Origin: the human T2T-CHM13v2.0 reference genome, Homo sapiens
Direction of reading: 5' to 3'
Assembly (NCBI GenBank): GCA_009914755.4
Contig: CP068257.2
Span: forward strand, 33,984,001 to 34,048,000
Length of the DNA stretch: 64,000 nt
Made by a program: the position numbers and the translations under genes. This document shows, in pieces, positions 36,963-50,918 of the stretch. The notes under the pieces were generated by a model that saw only the letters and a program-made list of their open reading frames with translations, was not told the origin of the DNA and searched no databases. Numbering within the stretch: the stretch's first letter is position 1; each line of letters begins with the position of its first letter.

Positions 36963-37790
36963 GCTGTTTCCACGTGTTTTCAGGTCTGCAACACTCTTCA
37001 GAACAAAATCAGTACTTTCTCTATAATGTGACTAGGAACCTGTCTTTTCCCCAGGTCTCCTGCAAAATTTCTAGCACCTTCCTCACACAAGTTGCAGGAA
37101 GCATACAGCTTTGAAATTATAATGATGGAAAAGGAAATGGAAAGAAAGGCCCAACTTTTAGTCTTCTGGGACTCCAGATCATATTTATGCGTTCAAAATA
37201 GTAACTTTCTCCTAGAAAAGGGGGATGCGCCACCATTCTACACACTGGGTGGACCATTTCCTAGCTGGTGCTGCATTTGCTACAAGCCCACAGGGCCCTG
37301 GCAGAAACCCCCTCTGATTTCTACCACTGTCCTTTTTAAATGCAGCAATAGCCAAAATCTACACTCTCCCTGCATTGCATCTGTTTCATTTGCATCCCAG
37401 GTTTCTGCAATAAAGCAAACCCCCAATTTATTAATTTTTTTTGAAAAGATAACGTAAGTCTAAGAAGGTTACCAAGTGTCTTCAGCTAACCAAAAATTTA
37501 AAGACCAGCAAGGATTTAGAATTCCCTATACTAGACCCCTGATCAGTAATCAGGTGGCGTATTGTTTGTTTGTTCATTTGTTTGTTTGTTTTCCAGGCAT
37601 ATTATGATGTGAGGTTCTTTAGCTACATATGTGCATCTCCTTAAGTGGTCTCAGTGATTTCCAGTTTTGCAGGATATACCTGGAGCTAGAATGATGCAAA
37701 CAAAAATTTTAGATTTAAAAAAATATTTTAAATATAAAAAATTAAAAATAAACCCTAAATTCAGAATTTTCCAAGAGCTAAATGCTCTGA

Positions 37791-37880
37791 GGGCCAGTCC
37801 CAGCTACTTTCCAGCTGTGTGAGCTGAGGCCAGTTACCTAAACTTCCCGTGCATCAGTTTCCTGCATTGACAAACCTCTG
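37791..37880 (+). mobile_element. MIR SINE core fragment
   Basis: 'gggccagtcccagctactttccagctgtgtgagctgaggccagttacctaaacttcccgtgcatcagtttcctgcattgacaaa' matches MIR 'ggctctgccacttactagctgtgtgaccttgggcaagttacttaacctctctgtgcctcagtttcctcatctgtaaaa'. Confidence 0.7.
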
Positions 37881-40800
37881 GTAAGGATTTCTGCCCTACA
37901 TAGCTCACAATACCAAAATGAGAAAATGGGAAAGTGCTAAGAATTATAAAGCATTCAAATATGAGGTCTTATGACTGCTAACACAGACTTCTGCCCACAA
38001 TAATCACTAGAAGACGTACGGGTTATGTATGTTCAAGTCACCTATAAAGTAACAAATCAGCAACTTCCTATCCAATCCACTACATAGCTTCCTCCCATAA
38101 CCTAACCATGTGTGTGCTAATAGCCTACCTACAAATGGATTTCTCTCTATGACATTCAACACCCATTAATATTTATGCAGCTGTGTCCAGGTTAAAAAAT
38201 AAGTCAAGCCAAGGTAAGAGGCATTTTTTAAAAAATTATTTTATAAGTTAAACAGTAAAATTGACTTTTTTCCCTTTTGGTGTAGAGTTCTATATATTTT
38301 AACACAGCTGTAGGTTGGTATAACCACCACCACAATCAGGATACAGAACAGTTCCATCACCCTAAAAAAATTCCCTATGACTCTTCCTTTATAGTTCCAC
38401 TCTTTCCCCTGCCCCAGCTCCAAAAACCATTGATCTGTTCTCTAGATCTATTCTGATATTTTCAAAATAGGTCAGATAAATTGAATTATACAGTATACAG
38501 CCTTTTGAACCTGCCTTTTTCCATTCAGCATAATGCCTTTGAAAATCATCCAAGTTATCACATGTATCATCTGTTCTTGTTTATTGCTGAATAGTATTCC
38601 ATGGTATGGATATACCAGTTTGTTTAATCATTCAACTGTTGAAGGACATCTGGTTTATTTCTAGATCTTGGTAATTTTAAACACAACAGCTATAAACATT
38701 TATGTATCAGTTGTTGTGTCATCATAAGTTTTCGTTACTCCAGGATAAACCCCAAGAGTGGGATTGCTATTAAACAGTGACTTGTAAATATCAACATCAC
38801 ATTAAACATCCAGATTTTATTCAAGTCATCCTCATAATATAAGAGACTGATATCACTATTAATCAATGCTCAAAAACTAATATGCCCTAACCCCTTTGAA
38901 AATTTGAGTTGTTTCATCTACAGCCATACCACTCTGAACACACCCCATCTCATCTGAAAATTTGAGTTGTTTTGATATATTTTGTGGTATTTGATTTTTT
39001 TGTGGTATTACTATTTTGCATAAATGTTAATGAAAAATATCATTTTAACAATTGTAAAAACATTGCAGTGATGCTTTCAAGAGTTCTTCCTATTGACTTA
39101 GAAATACTCATTCAATTTCCCAAAATAAAGTAAAATTTAAAATCTAAGTAGAAAGGAACCACCACATCAGAGTCTGAGTTAACACAAACTTGCTCTGGCA
39201 TAATTGAAAAATCACTATGCTAAACTTTGTAAAGAATACACCACCATTCCCCCACCCCCCATGAAGTACACCCTAGAGTGTTTGAAGATTATATTATGAG
39301 TGGCCCAAATGCCTGTGTTTGGCATTTGTTAAACAATCCTAGAGGAGCTGCCATCCTTGGGGTTCTGTGGGTTCATCCATGGCTGACACCTCTCATCCTG
39401 AATCCCTTGGGTCTCACGGGCCCTGGAACAATCTATATTCTCCCGGTTGAAGATGACAGCATGTCAGTGTACTTAAAATTCAATTTCATTCTTCCTAATC
39501 TATGCACCATTATGCAGGTCTTTGAAATAGTCTCCAAAGAAGGTAAGTCTATATTGATTCCATTCCCTTACATAGCAACTGGTGTGTAGCAACCCATAGT
39601 ATAATATGAGGGGGAGAAAATATTGATTCTGGGAAACTTAATATTATTAAAAGACAGTTGTATTAAATCTCTTTCCTGGATTTAGCTGAGCACTTTTTTT
39701 TTCATTTTTCCATTTTCAAAAAAATCAATGAAGCTAATACTCTTGTTAGTTTTAGAGTTTCTACGACAGCAGTTTCATGTCACCATAGAACCTACGGGAG
39801 GTTTGTAGGCTCAGCACTCAAGGCTTGGAGTCCTCTGCTGACTGATGAGCATAACATTTCTCTCTTCAGTTATTCCGGCCACTCAGAGCGGGCAAGTAGT
39901 ATTTAAATTTTATTTTCCATGGTATCTGTTTTCCTTGGTGTGTAAAAGTCTCAAGATATGGCTTAGCCTTAGTTATAAACGCCTAAGTGCATGTGATGAA
40001 GCTCATTACACACATGCAATTTTCAGTTTGAGAGAAGTCTAAAGAAATAAAATCAACGTGGGGTGGGGGGAGGTTTTTTTGATGGAAAACACCTGCCAGT
40101 TGAAAATCCCAGAATCTGCTATTTAAGATTGTAAGTCACATTTTCTTTTTTGAGGACCATCCAAACTTGAGGTATTTTTTTCTTTCTTTCTTTCTTTTTT
40201 AACAAAAAAAGGAACAGCTGCTTCTGATTTGTGACAAGATTAAAGCATTTTGGAATCTCTCTCCAGATATCCAATTTCTGATAGAATGTCTGTTGTGTCA
40301 TTATCAAATATAACAAGACTGTAACATGGCTCCAGAGTCAATGAACCAAACACTGGAATCTTCTTCTAATTATATAATATAAAACTACTTATAATTCTGA
40401 TGCCATGAATTTGGAATTCATGATTAAGATGGGTTAGGCTTTTGCTAAGCAAGTGTTTTCTTCATAGATACTGCAAACCATATTTTAAAAATAAGATGGC
40501 AAGAATAATGCTGAAAATATGTGAAAAACAAACTATTTCCAAATCCCTGAAAGAATCTAGAAGCCACAATTAGCATGAAAATATTTGTGGTGCTTTTAAT
40601 AGTTATTTTATATCTCTGTCTCTGGCTTCTCTGGAGAGTGGTGCTCTCAGCTGCCAGGAGAACAACTAAGACCACCTGGATATTCCAGACCCCATAAATG
40701 CATATGCTCCAGACTGGATTTGATTTTTGTACTCCTGCTAATTGTTCCTGCTGTTTTCCCATTTTCCCATCTTCACTGCCATCTACAAGAGAAATTCAAA

Positions 40801-42251
40801 AAGCGACCAAAGATCGTTGGCTTGGTGGACACAGCTTAGGAAATTTCAGTCTAATTTGCCTCCTCTCCCCTAGAATCCAGCATGCTGCCTCCTCCTTGCT
40901 CGCCTGGACCATGGCAACGGCCTCCTGAAGGGCTTCCAACCAGTATCTCTTCCCCAACCTCTGCAATCAGAGGGAGCCTCCAGAAAAAAAAAAAAAGGTG
41001 TCAAATGATATGGAAAACCACCATGGGCTTGACACCGCCTGTTGGATAAAACAGTCATCAGCACTGAGTACCCCAGCGAGGCTTTACATGGAGAGATGAG
41101 GAAGAAGAGCCCAGGCAGGCAGCAAAGAAGAAATACCTACGTCATACTTGGGTCATGGTAAGAAGACCAAATTGGCTCGAAAAGGGATTTTTTATAAGTG
41201 ATGGTTATAGAAGATAACTTCAAAGAGGTGAAGGGGGTCCAGATCAGTGAAGACTTGAAAGGCTCAGCCTGAGACTTTCTGACTTTATCCCTCATGCCAT
41301 GGGGAGCCATAGAATGTTCATAAGCAGAAGAGGCAGATAAAAGCACAGTCCAGTTGGAATCACCAATCACTCCCCCAATAGCACACACACCATTGAATGT
41401 CATTAGGCTACTAATTATTTTTCCTAGTGACCACCCCCATTGTCTTTCACTAAGAAAAAACAATTTATTGACAAGTAATTCTTTAGGTGCTTCCCTTTCA
41501 CACACTTTCAATTTTTAAGTAACACTTTATACTGGCCTAACAAACATAAATGACATTCTAGAGATTTACAATATATTAGTATAATATTAGTGTACGATTT
41601 AACGTGTTGGCTCTTTCTCCAGAGATGGAAAAAAAGCATAATACTGACCAGTATGTCACAAGCCCCTAAGCTGACCAGTTGTCACTTCCAAGATATCTCT
41701 AAAGCAGCTCAAATTTACCATGGCCAAAGCTGAATGCATTATTATCTTCCCCAAATCTTCTCAGTCTCCGTTAAGGGAGTAAGTGTCCACCTGTTCCCCT
41801 AAGCTAGAAATGTCATAATCCTCCCTGTCTCCTTTTTCTCTCCCTAAACCCCTGCATTGGTTCCCTAATACTCATCACTTTTATCTCCAAAATGTCTGTC
41901 TGAATCAGGCTCACTCAGCATTCTCACCATCAATGCCTTACCATCAATCAACCTCCCAAAAGATTTCAGTTGCCTCCTAAACAGTCTCTTACCAATACTC
42001 CAACAGCCAGCTGGTCTCTTCTAATCTGAACATTCCTGGAATCCCCTTTCCCCCTCCTCCACCGGACAAACCTCTCTTACCCTTCCAGCCTGAACTCCAA
42101 TGTCACTTCCCTTGCATTCTCATCATCTACCACTTCCTTCCCAAAAGAATGAACAGTTTCCTCCTCTACATTCCCTGTCCTATGTGTTCTTTCTTGATTA
42201 CAACACTCATCCCATTTCTACTATGACTCAATGCTTAAGAATCTGTGTCCT

Positions 42252-42569
42252 TGGCTGGGCTTGGTGGTTCACACCTGTAATCCTAGCACTTTAAGAGGCC
42301 AAGGCGGGCGGATCACAAGGTCAGGAGTTCGAGAACAGCCTGGCCAACATGGTGAAATCCCATCTCTACTAAAAATACAAAAATTAGCCGGGCATGGTGC
42401 CGGGCACCTATAATCACAGCTACTCGGGAGGCTGAAGCAGGAGAGTTGCTTGAACTCAGGAGGTGGAGGTTGTGGTGAGCCGAGATCGCACCACTGCACT
42501 CCAGCCTGGGTGACAGAGCAAGACTCCATCTTGAAAACAAAAAACAAAAAACAAAAACAAAAAAAAAAC
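42252..42569 (+). mobile_element. full-length Alu SINE with poly-A/(AAAAC)n tail and 12-bp target-site duplication
   Basis: Body: 'ggctgggcttggtggttcacacctgtaatcctagcactttaagaggccaaggcgggcggatcacaaggtcaggagttcgagaacagcctggccaacatggtgaaatcccatctctactaaaaatacaaaaattagccgggcatggtg...gcactccagcctgggtgacagagcaagactccatcttgaaaacaaaaaacaaaaaac'. TSD: 'aatctgtgtcct' at 42240-42251 and again at 42570-42581. Confidence 0.95.
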
Positions 42570-43926
42570 AATCTGTGTCCTCTGATACATTTGTGCATTT
42601 ATTGGGGTTCAGGACCGTGTGTTATTCTTCTTCGAGTTTCTAGCGAGTGGGGGTTCATGCCACCCTCACCACACTCTCCTTTGAGTAAAGTGATGCATCT
42701 CATCCAAAATGTCATCATTTGCAATTTAAGCTTTTAAAATTTTCATAGCTGCACATCTTGCCTCATGTAAATTACCTTTGCCCAACCTTCTTTTGTAGGT
42801 GTTTCTATTTGGTCTTCTTAAGAATGGACCACTTACATGCAGAATTTGGTACAAGATTTTACCCCTGGCTGGATGCCTAAATGACATACAGAGGAAAGGG
42901 CGGATAGGGTAAAAGATCTATATGTACTTCGGCATGTACCTCGATAGCCCACAACCCAACCCTGGCATTGGCTTCTAGAGAAAACAGCTATGCAGAGAGA
43001 ACCACCTGTGCTCCCAAAGTAGAGACTAGAATGTTCTATGATTGATAATCATCCGTGGGCAAAAGCAACAGCATGGCCTCTGAAGCGATCACTCCTCATG
43101 CCAAGTAAACGGCTTTCTCAGCCCACACCTGCCCTGAGCTAGTCAATTACCAACGTTGAGAAAGCAGGAAATGAATGGCTCATGATTTTAAGCATCAATA
43201 ATTTAAATAAAAAACTCATAAAGAGTCATCCTTCTTCCTGGAGTGTAAATGAATGTGATTCTAAGTGTATGGTAAAGACACAATAATTGCCAGCAAATTA
43301 ACTCCCAATGAAGATGCAGAGGGATATCTGTCTCCTTTGACTCTTGGACAATTTCCTTCCAAAGGGATTTTATTGTCCCACATTAGGAGTGAGAACTCAA
43401 CTCAGTACAGGCCGTGCTTCTGTGTTGAAGAATGATCACCAGGCAGTCACATAGGAGCAGCTTCAGCCAGCGACATTGGTATCCCCACTTGGGGCTGACA
43501 AGGTTATGTACTCTGCAACCAGTGTTCTGCAAATCCAGTCATGAGTTGGTCCAGAGTTGTTTTTAGATAAAGAGAAGGCAGTTCTTCTCTCACCCAGATC
43601 CTCTCTGGCACACTGACCTTTGAGAATAAGAAGTGTACATGTTTTAATTCTATGCTCAGCAATGTACTGTTGTATTTAGTCAGAGGCTGCATAAGAATAA
43701 TTTTCTAGAACTCAAACTGGTGTCAGATCTCTGTTAAATTGCAGGTGGCTTCCCCACCCTTTTTGCCTTCATCATCTCTCTCTAGTTTGAGAGTCTTCTC
43801 TACCCTGAAATTTTCACCAGTCTGTTTAACACAAAGTAACTTTGTGAGACAACCTTGTTAAAACTAAGGTATTGGAGGTCCTATGTGTTATCTCCTCCAC
43901 TGGAGGAGATCGCTTAAAAATCATTT

Positions 43927-44461
43927 GGAAGTTTCTTTTGCTGTGCAGAAGCTCTTTAGTTTAATTAGATCCCATCTGTCAATTTTGGCTTTTGTTGCCA
44001 TTGCTCTTGGTGTTTTAGTCATGAAGTCTTTGCTGATGCCTATGTCCTGAATGGTATTGCCTAGGTTTTCTTCCAGGGTTTTTATGGTTTTAGGTCTTAC
44101 ATGTAAGTCTTTAATCCATCTTGAATTAATTTTTGTATAAGGTGTAAGGAAGGGGTCCAGTTTCAGTTTTCTGCATATGGCTAGCTAGTTTTCCCAACAT
44201 CACTTATTAAATAGGGAATCCTTTCCCTGTTGCTTGTTTTTGTCAGGTTTGTTAAAGATCAGATGGTTGTAGATATGTGGCGTTATGTCTGAGGCTTCTG
44301 TCCTTTTCCATCAGTCTATCTCTCTGTTTTGGTACCAGTACCATGATGTTTTGGTTACTGCAGCCTTGTAGAATAGTTTGAAGTCAAGTAGCGTGATGCC
44401 TCCAGCTTTGTTCTTTTTGCTTAGGATTGTCTTCGCTATATAGGCTCTTTTTTGATTCCAT
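43927..44461 (-). mobile_element. L1 (L1PA/L1PB-like, relatively young) ORF2 internal segment in antisense orientation; the 5' inverted part of a twin-primed L1 insertion
   Basis: 'ggaagtttcttttgctgtgcagaagctctttagtttaattagatcccatctgtcaattttggcttttgttgccattgctcttggtgttttagtcatgaagtctttgc...tttagtttcagttttctgcatatggctagctagttttcccaacatcacttattaaatagggaatcctttcc...gcttaggattgtcttcgctatataggctcttttttgattccat' is the reverse complement of L1 ORF2 '...atggaaccaaaaaagagcc..gcaaagacttcatgactaaaacaccaaaagcaatggcaacaaaagccaaaattgacaaatgggatctaattaaactaaagagcttctgcacagcaaaagaaact', with high identity to young primate L1. Confidence 0.9.
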
Positions 44462-44684
44462 TAGGGAGTTGAACGATGAGAACACATGGACACAGGGAGG
44501 GGAACATCACACACCAGGGCCTGTCAGTGGGTGGGGGGCTAGGGGAGAGATAGCATTAGGAGAAATACCTAATGTAGGTGACAGGTTGATGGGTGCAGCA
44601 AACCACCATGGCACGTGTATACCTATGTAACAAACCTGCACGTTCTGCACATGTATCCCAGAACCTAAAGTATAATTTTAAAAA
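44462..44684 (+). mobile_element. L1 (L1PA/L1PB-like) 3'-UTR terminal ~225 bp in sense orientation, abutting the inverted ORF2 segment
   Basis: 'tagggagttgaacgatgagaacacatggacacagggaggggaacatcacacaccagggcctgtcagtgggtggggggctaggggagagatagcattaggagaaatacctaatgtaggtgacaggttgatgggtgcagcaaaccaccatggcacgtgtatacctatgtaacaaacctgcacgttctgcacatgtatcccagaacctaaagtataatttt' is near-identical to the young-L1 3' UTR terminus. Confidence 0.95.
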
Positions 44685-44694
44685 TCATCTGGAA

Positions 44695-45110
44695 AGGATT
44701 TGGTATGTACATACCACAATTTGTCTATCCATCCATAAACTGGTGGACATGACGGACTGACCCATGGGACAACGTAAATGAGCCTTGAAACCATGACATT
44801 AAGTGAAAGGAGCCAGACACAAAAGACGATGTGCTGTATGATTCCATTTATATGAAATGCCCAGAAAAGGCTAATCCACAGAGATAGATGCAGATTGGTT
44901 GCTACCAGGGCTTAGAGAAAGGGGAAAGGAGAAGTGACTGCTCAGTGACTATGGGATTTCCTTTTGGGGTGATGAAAATGTTTTGGAACTACAAAGGATG
45001 ATGGTTTCACAACATTGTGATTGTACTTAATGCCACTGACTTATTCACTTTAAATGCTTGACTTTAGGTTATTCAAATTTCACTTCAATTTTAAAAGGTG
45101 AGGGAAGTGG
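44695..45110 (+). mobile_element. older L1M-type 3'-terminal fragment immediately downstream of the young L1 insertion
   Basis: 'gagccttgaaaccatgacattaagtgaaaggagccagacacaaaagacgatgtgctgtatgattccatttatatgaaatgcccagaaaaggctaatccacagagatagatgcagattggttgctaccagggcttagagaaaggggaaaggagaagtgactgctcagtgactatgggatttccttttggggtgatgaaaatgttttggaactacaaaggatgatggtttcacaacattgtgattgtacttaatgccactgacttattcactttaaatgcttgac' is the same family as 34618-35030. Confidence 0.85.
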
Positions 45111-46053
45111 GGGAATCTATACTTGACCAAGTATGAGTCTCTGATGGTGAAATTTCAGAAGTAGTGGGAATAGAAAAGAAGTTTCCTATTAAGATGCTTT
45201 CACAGGGTCTCTAAATCGCAGGTATGCCTGCCTCCGATGTTTCACCTTTGTTGGGGCCCTTCTGGAAAGCCCAGTTAGTGCAAAGAAACCAAGCCAGGTT
45301 GGCCTCAGCCTTTCATTGGATGTATCCACCTTGTGTGAAGAAAAATAAAAAGATTATATAATAAGCAACTAATGCTAACCAGTATTATTATTATTGTCAA
45401 TATTCTATGCTGACCTTCTACTTTCTGTGGCCTAAAATTAGATTGTGTATTGTTTATGAAACTTTCACTTGGGAATGTTTTTTAGGTTACGTGGGTTTTC
45501 TGCTGCTGTGGCAGCAGCAGGACCAAGCCAAGGCAAAAGGCCCAGTGTTACTCACAGTTGGCTTTATGATTTCACCCAAGGACAGGGACCAAGGCACGCA
45601 GCTGAAAAAGCAACATTGGTTTCTGGTCTCTGATGACACATGTGTTTCTTCTTCCTTTCTCATGCTCCCAGCAAAACAGAGTCCTACCCAGTGCCTTCCC
45701 CAAGGAGACCCTGGTTGTTGAGACTCTAGACTACAGCATCTAGAAGTCTGAGACTTGAAACCCATCTCACTCAATTCCTGTTGGGTCTCTGATATGAACA
45801 TCAGCCCTTCTCAGGGCAGGAATTTGACATTGCGAAAGGGAAAAATAAAGAAATGAGCTTTGGGCATGTACAGTTTTTCTGTCCTGCTTTTTTTAAATTT
45901 GAGAAGAAGTATGTTTAACATTGTCTTTCTACAATAAAACCAGAAACATGGCATATCTCTCAGGGTCCAGTCAGGAGGCAGCCATCACTCCAGCTATTTT
46001 AACAAGGAAAATGTAACACAAATAACTGTTAACTATTAAAGGTGGTTAACTAC

Positions 46054-46738
<685 letters not shown>

Positions 46739-48878
46739 TACTAAAAGGAACTTTAAAAGGACCTTAAGGAAGCAGCAAAAGAGCAGCTATTACCTCTAGG
46801 CTGAAGGACAGTGAAAAATTAAAGGAACCAAGGACGGGCAGAGGGACCTTCTACCTCCACTGAGGCTGAGGTTCAGATCTCTTCAGAGATTTTTGCCAAA
46901 TGTTATTCTTGTTCATGCCAAGCCTGCCTTGTGGGAATGAATAAGACAGATCACCATTCCTGTCCCTTATTACTGATCAGTTAGATTGCATGGCAGAAAG
47001 GTCAGTATCCTCGGTGTCTGCAAAGTGCTTCTTTCCCCCCTGCATCGTGAGGGAGGGCGCCACACGACACAACTGTAAGAGTTGAACTCCAAGGAGAAGA
47101 CTCTTAGTAAACTCATTATTAGAGACTTTTATTTAAAAGTTTTTTTGCTTTTTTTTTTTGCCAAATATTTTTTTGGGCCAACATTTTTTCCTAATTTTTA
47201 TTTGCTGCCACAGGAACTCACAAATGGCTGGTGGAGAAGCTTTCTGGAAAGCAAAGGCACGGGGTGGTCTGCAGAAGCAGGCCATCTCTTGTTGTAGGAG
47301 GCTGTGGGCAGGAAGGAGCTTCTGAGAAGTGACCAGTGCTGGGGAGAGCATGGCCTGAGGCAGAGCTGGGGCTCAGGTGCATGTGCCAGGTGCTACTGCA
47401 TTGAATGATAATAACTAGCCAAGTCCAGAACTCAGCAGGGACGTTCCTGGCACTACACCACTCTGGCACCCTCTACTGATGATGTTTACATTCACCCAGC
47501 TGGCTAAGAAGAAATGTTTACAAGGTCCACTTCCAGTATCACAAAGCAGAGCAGGGAAGGATGAATTTGCAGCTGAGAGACAATAAATTGACACCTGCCA
47601 TAGATGGGGATTGCCATTCTCCCTCTGATCTCACTTCCAGTGTAGGTAAACCCTTCGCACCAGTGAGCTGTTATCAGAGTGTCTTCATCCATGAACGGAA
47701 CATGGACAGCCTGCTTCACCCAACTCCAGCTGCCAGTACTCAAGGGTATTTCCGGGCAGGTCAAAGAACATCACTAAACTTTCTAAATCGGTAACAGAAA
47801 TATTTTCACAACGTCTTAGGTAGAGGAAAAAAGTCAAAAGGAGGACGTTCGTAAAGTTAGGCGTGCTCCCTTGAACTCAGTTTTCTTTTCCTCTTGAGCA
47901 CTCAGACAGACTTTCTATCTTCCTTTCACAGCTAAAGTAGACCGACATGACTGGGTCTAGCCAACGGAAGATAAACAAAAATAATCTATCCCACTTCCAG
48001 GTCTGTCCCCTAGAAGACCTCTGGCACGATCCCTCCTGCCTTCTCTTTTCCTGGACCCAAACACTGACTGCAGAGAAGATCTCAGGAAAGAGCAGAGCAT
48101 CTAGGAAAGCAGCCTGTTTCTGAGTCACCACCTGGAGGAGGGCCTCCCTGAAGAGTTGCCCAGCTGGAAATATTCTAATTGGATTGTGAGGAGAGGAAGC
48201 AATAGCCCTTCGTGCCCTGGTTCTGAAAACGTGATTCCCAGACCAGTGGCATGAGCATCACCTGGAAACTTGTCAAAAATGAAAATTCTCAGGCCCCACC
48301 TCAGACTTAACCAGAAACTCTGGGAGTGAGGGGCCCAGCAGTTAGGTGATTTGGGTGTTCTAAAGTTCAACAGTCACTGCCTTATTGTGCAAAAACACTA
48401 AATTTGGAGGGTTTTTTCCTTAAGGCACATAGACAACCACTCACATAAAACTCAAACTAAACCCTCGTCATAAAAACCTTAAACAAAGAACTTAATAACC
48501 ACTTAAAATGTGTCTGCCCAGTAACAGCCCTTTCCCAAAGCAGACCTCCTCCTTGCCTGGGCACTAGACTGCCTTTGTAGGACTAACATTAGCCACAAGC
48601 TTAGAAATTATGGTTTAGGAGTCATGCAGCTGCGGGCTACCAGATTCTGACTCTCCCTAAATTGCTCCTAAGATCAGTGCTTCAGATAGTTTGCAGACCC
48701 TGCACTTGATGGATCAGCTGGCCCCACCCAGATCAATAAACTGGTTCATCTGATCTTGTGGCTCCCACTCAGGGACTGACTGAGTGCAAGAAGACAGCTC
48801 CAACTCCCTATGATTTCATCACTGACCAATCAGCACTCCTGGCTCACTGGCTTCCCCCCACCCACCAAGTTATTCTTA

Positions 48879-49327
<449 letters not shown>

Positions 49328-50421
49328 TCATAGCTCCATCATCCACAACACCCCTGAAGAGTCCACACATCCACAAGACCCCTGAATAGACCAGGCAGAG
49401 ACAGCACTGGTGTTGCAGACTTCATGCTTTTCGATGTTTCACTGTTTTACTGCCCATACTACCTATTTCGGATCTGCACATTTGTTCTAAGCCTGAATCA
49501 AGCTGATTAGGTTGCTATAAGGTTGAAGGTTTATTAACCTCAGATATCACCTGTGACATTTGACTGGAAGCCAGAAAACAAGGGCTGTGTTCATTAATTG
49601 AGTTACTTTAGACAAGTGACTTAACCTGCTCACTTTTATTGCTTTCTCTGAAAAGTCAAATAATCCCCGACAGACCTGCTTTAAAATCACCTGCAGGAAA
49701 AAATCTCAAAAAAGAATAAGACAATAGATTGCATTTCCATATTTAGAGATATTCCATATGATCGTTTTTACATTCATCAAAGTTTAAACAACAGAAAACA
49801 CCAAGTGGTTCCTCTTCCACTCCTTACAACAGCCGTATACAGGAGACTTTGAAGAAACAAAGTAAACTCATATTCAATGTAGAACTATCCAAATGCAAAG
49901 TTTTCTACTTCAGTTATTGACTTAAACATAACGTCACCTCTAGAAAAGTGTGGGTTGTTTAATTTCTCAAATATAAAGCCCAAATTTGAAAAATTTTCTG
50001 ACAAAAAAATAATCATTTAAGGAAAATGGGAAGAAATAGGAGCATCTGATGTCAAAGGGATATTTTTAGTGAGCCACGTTGGTAAACCAGTCCTGCCAGG
50101 AATGTGGTGCTTCAAAGGAGAGTCCTAGCATTTAGCTCCAGCTCCACACAAAGCCACATCTTCAGCACTTAGTTCAGGAGTAATTACCATCTAACTGGCA
50201 CTGGGGTGGAAGGAGAAGAGAACTATATTCATCTTGTGATTAAATGGCAATTAGCAACTAAGTGCCTTGCAATAATGTGGCACTCGCGACCTCTTCACAG
50301 CAGCTTCCCCTGCCAATACCACCAGCCTTCTGGGTATCAAAGCCCAGTACATCAGGGCTAGGACCCCAGGGAATCCCAAGGCTGACCTGCACACCAGCTA
50401 ACATAGGTTGGGTGGAGGCAC

Positions 50422-50575
50422 AAATTAGTGGTTAAGAGCATGGACTCTATAGCCAAGCTGCCTGGATTCCAAACACAGCTCCACCACTAGCAGTCTGCCA
50501 ACTTGGTCAAATTACCTAAACCTTTCTGATCATCAGTGTCATCATCTGAAAACTGGGGGAAATAGTTGTTTCTAA
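50422..50575 (+). mobile_element. MIR SINE
   Basis: 'aaattagtggttaagagcatggactctatagccaagctgcctggattccaaacacagctccaccactagcagtctgccaacttggtcaaattacctaaacctttctgatcatcagtgtcatcatctgaaaactggggg' matches MIR 'atagtggttaagagcacggactctggagccagactgcctgggttcgaatcccggctctgccacttactagctgtgtgaccttgggcaagttacttaacctctctgtgcctcagtttcctcatctgtaaaatgggg'. Confidence 0.85.
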
Positions 50576-50623
50576 GATGTAGCTTGATTGTGAGGCTTAA
50601 GTGAGTCAAAAATGCAGAGCATT

Positions 50624-50918
<295 letters not shown>

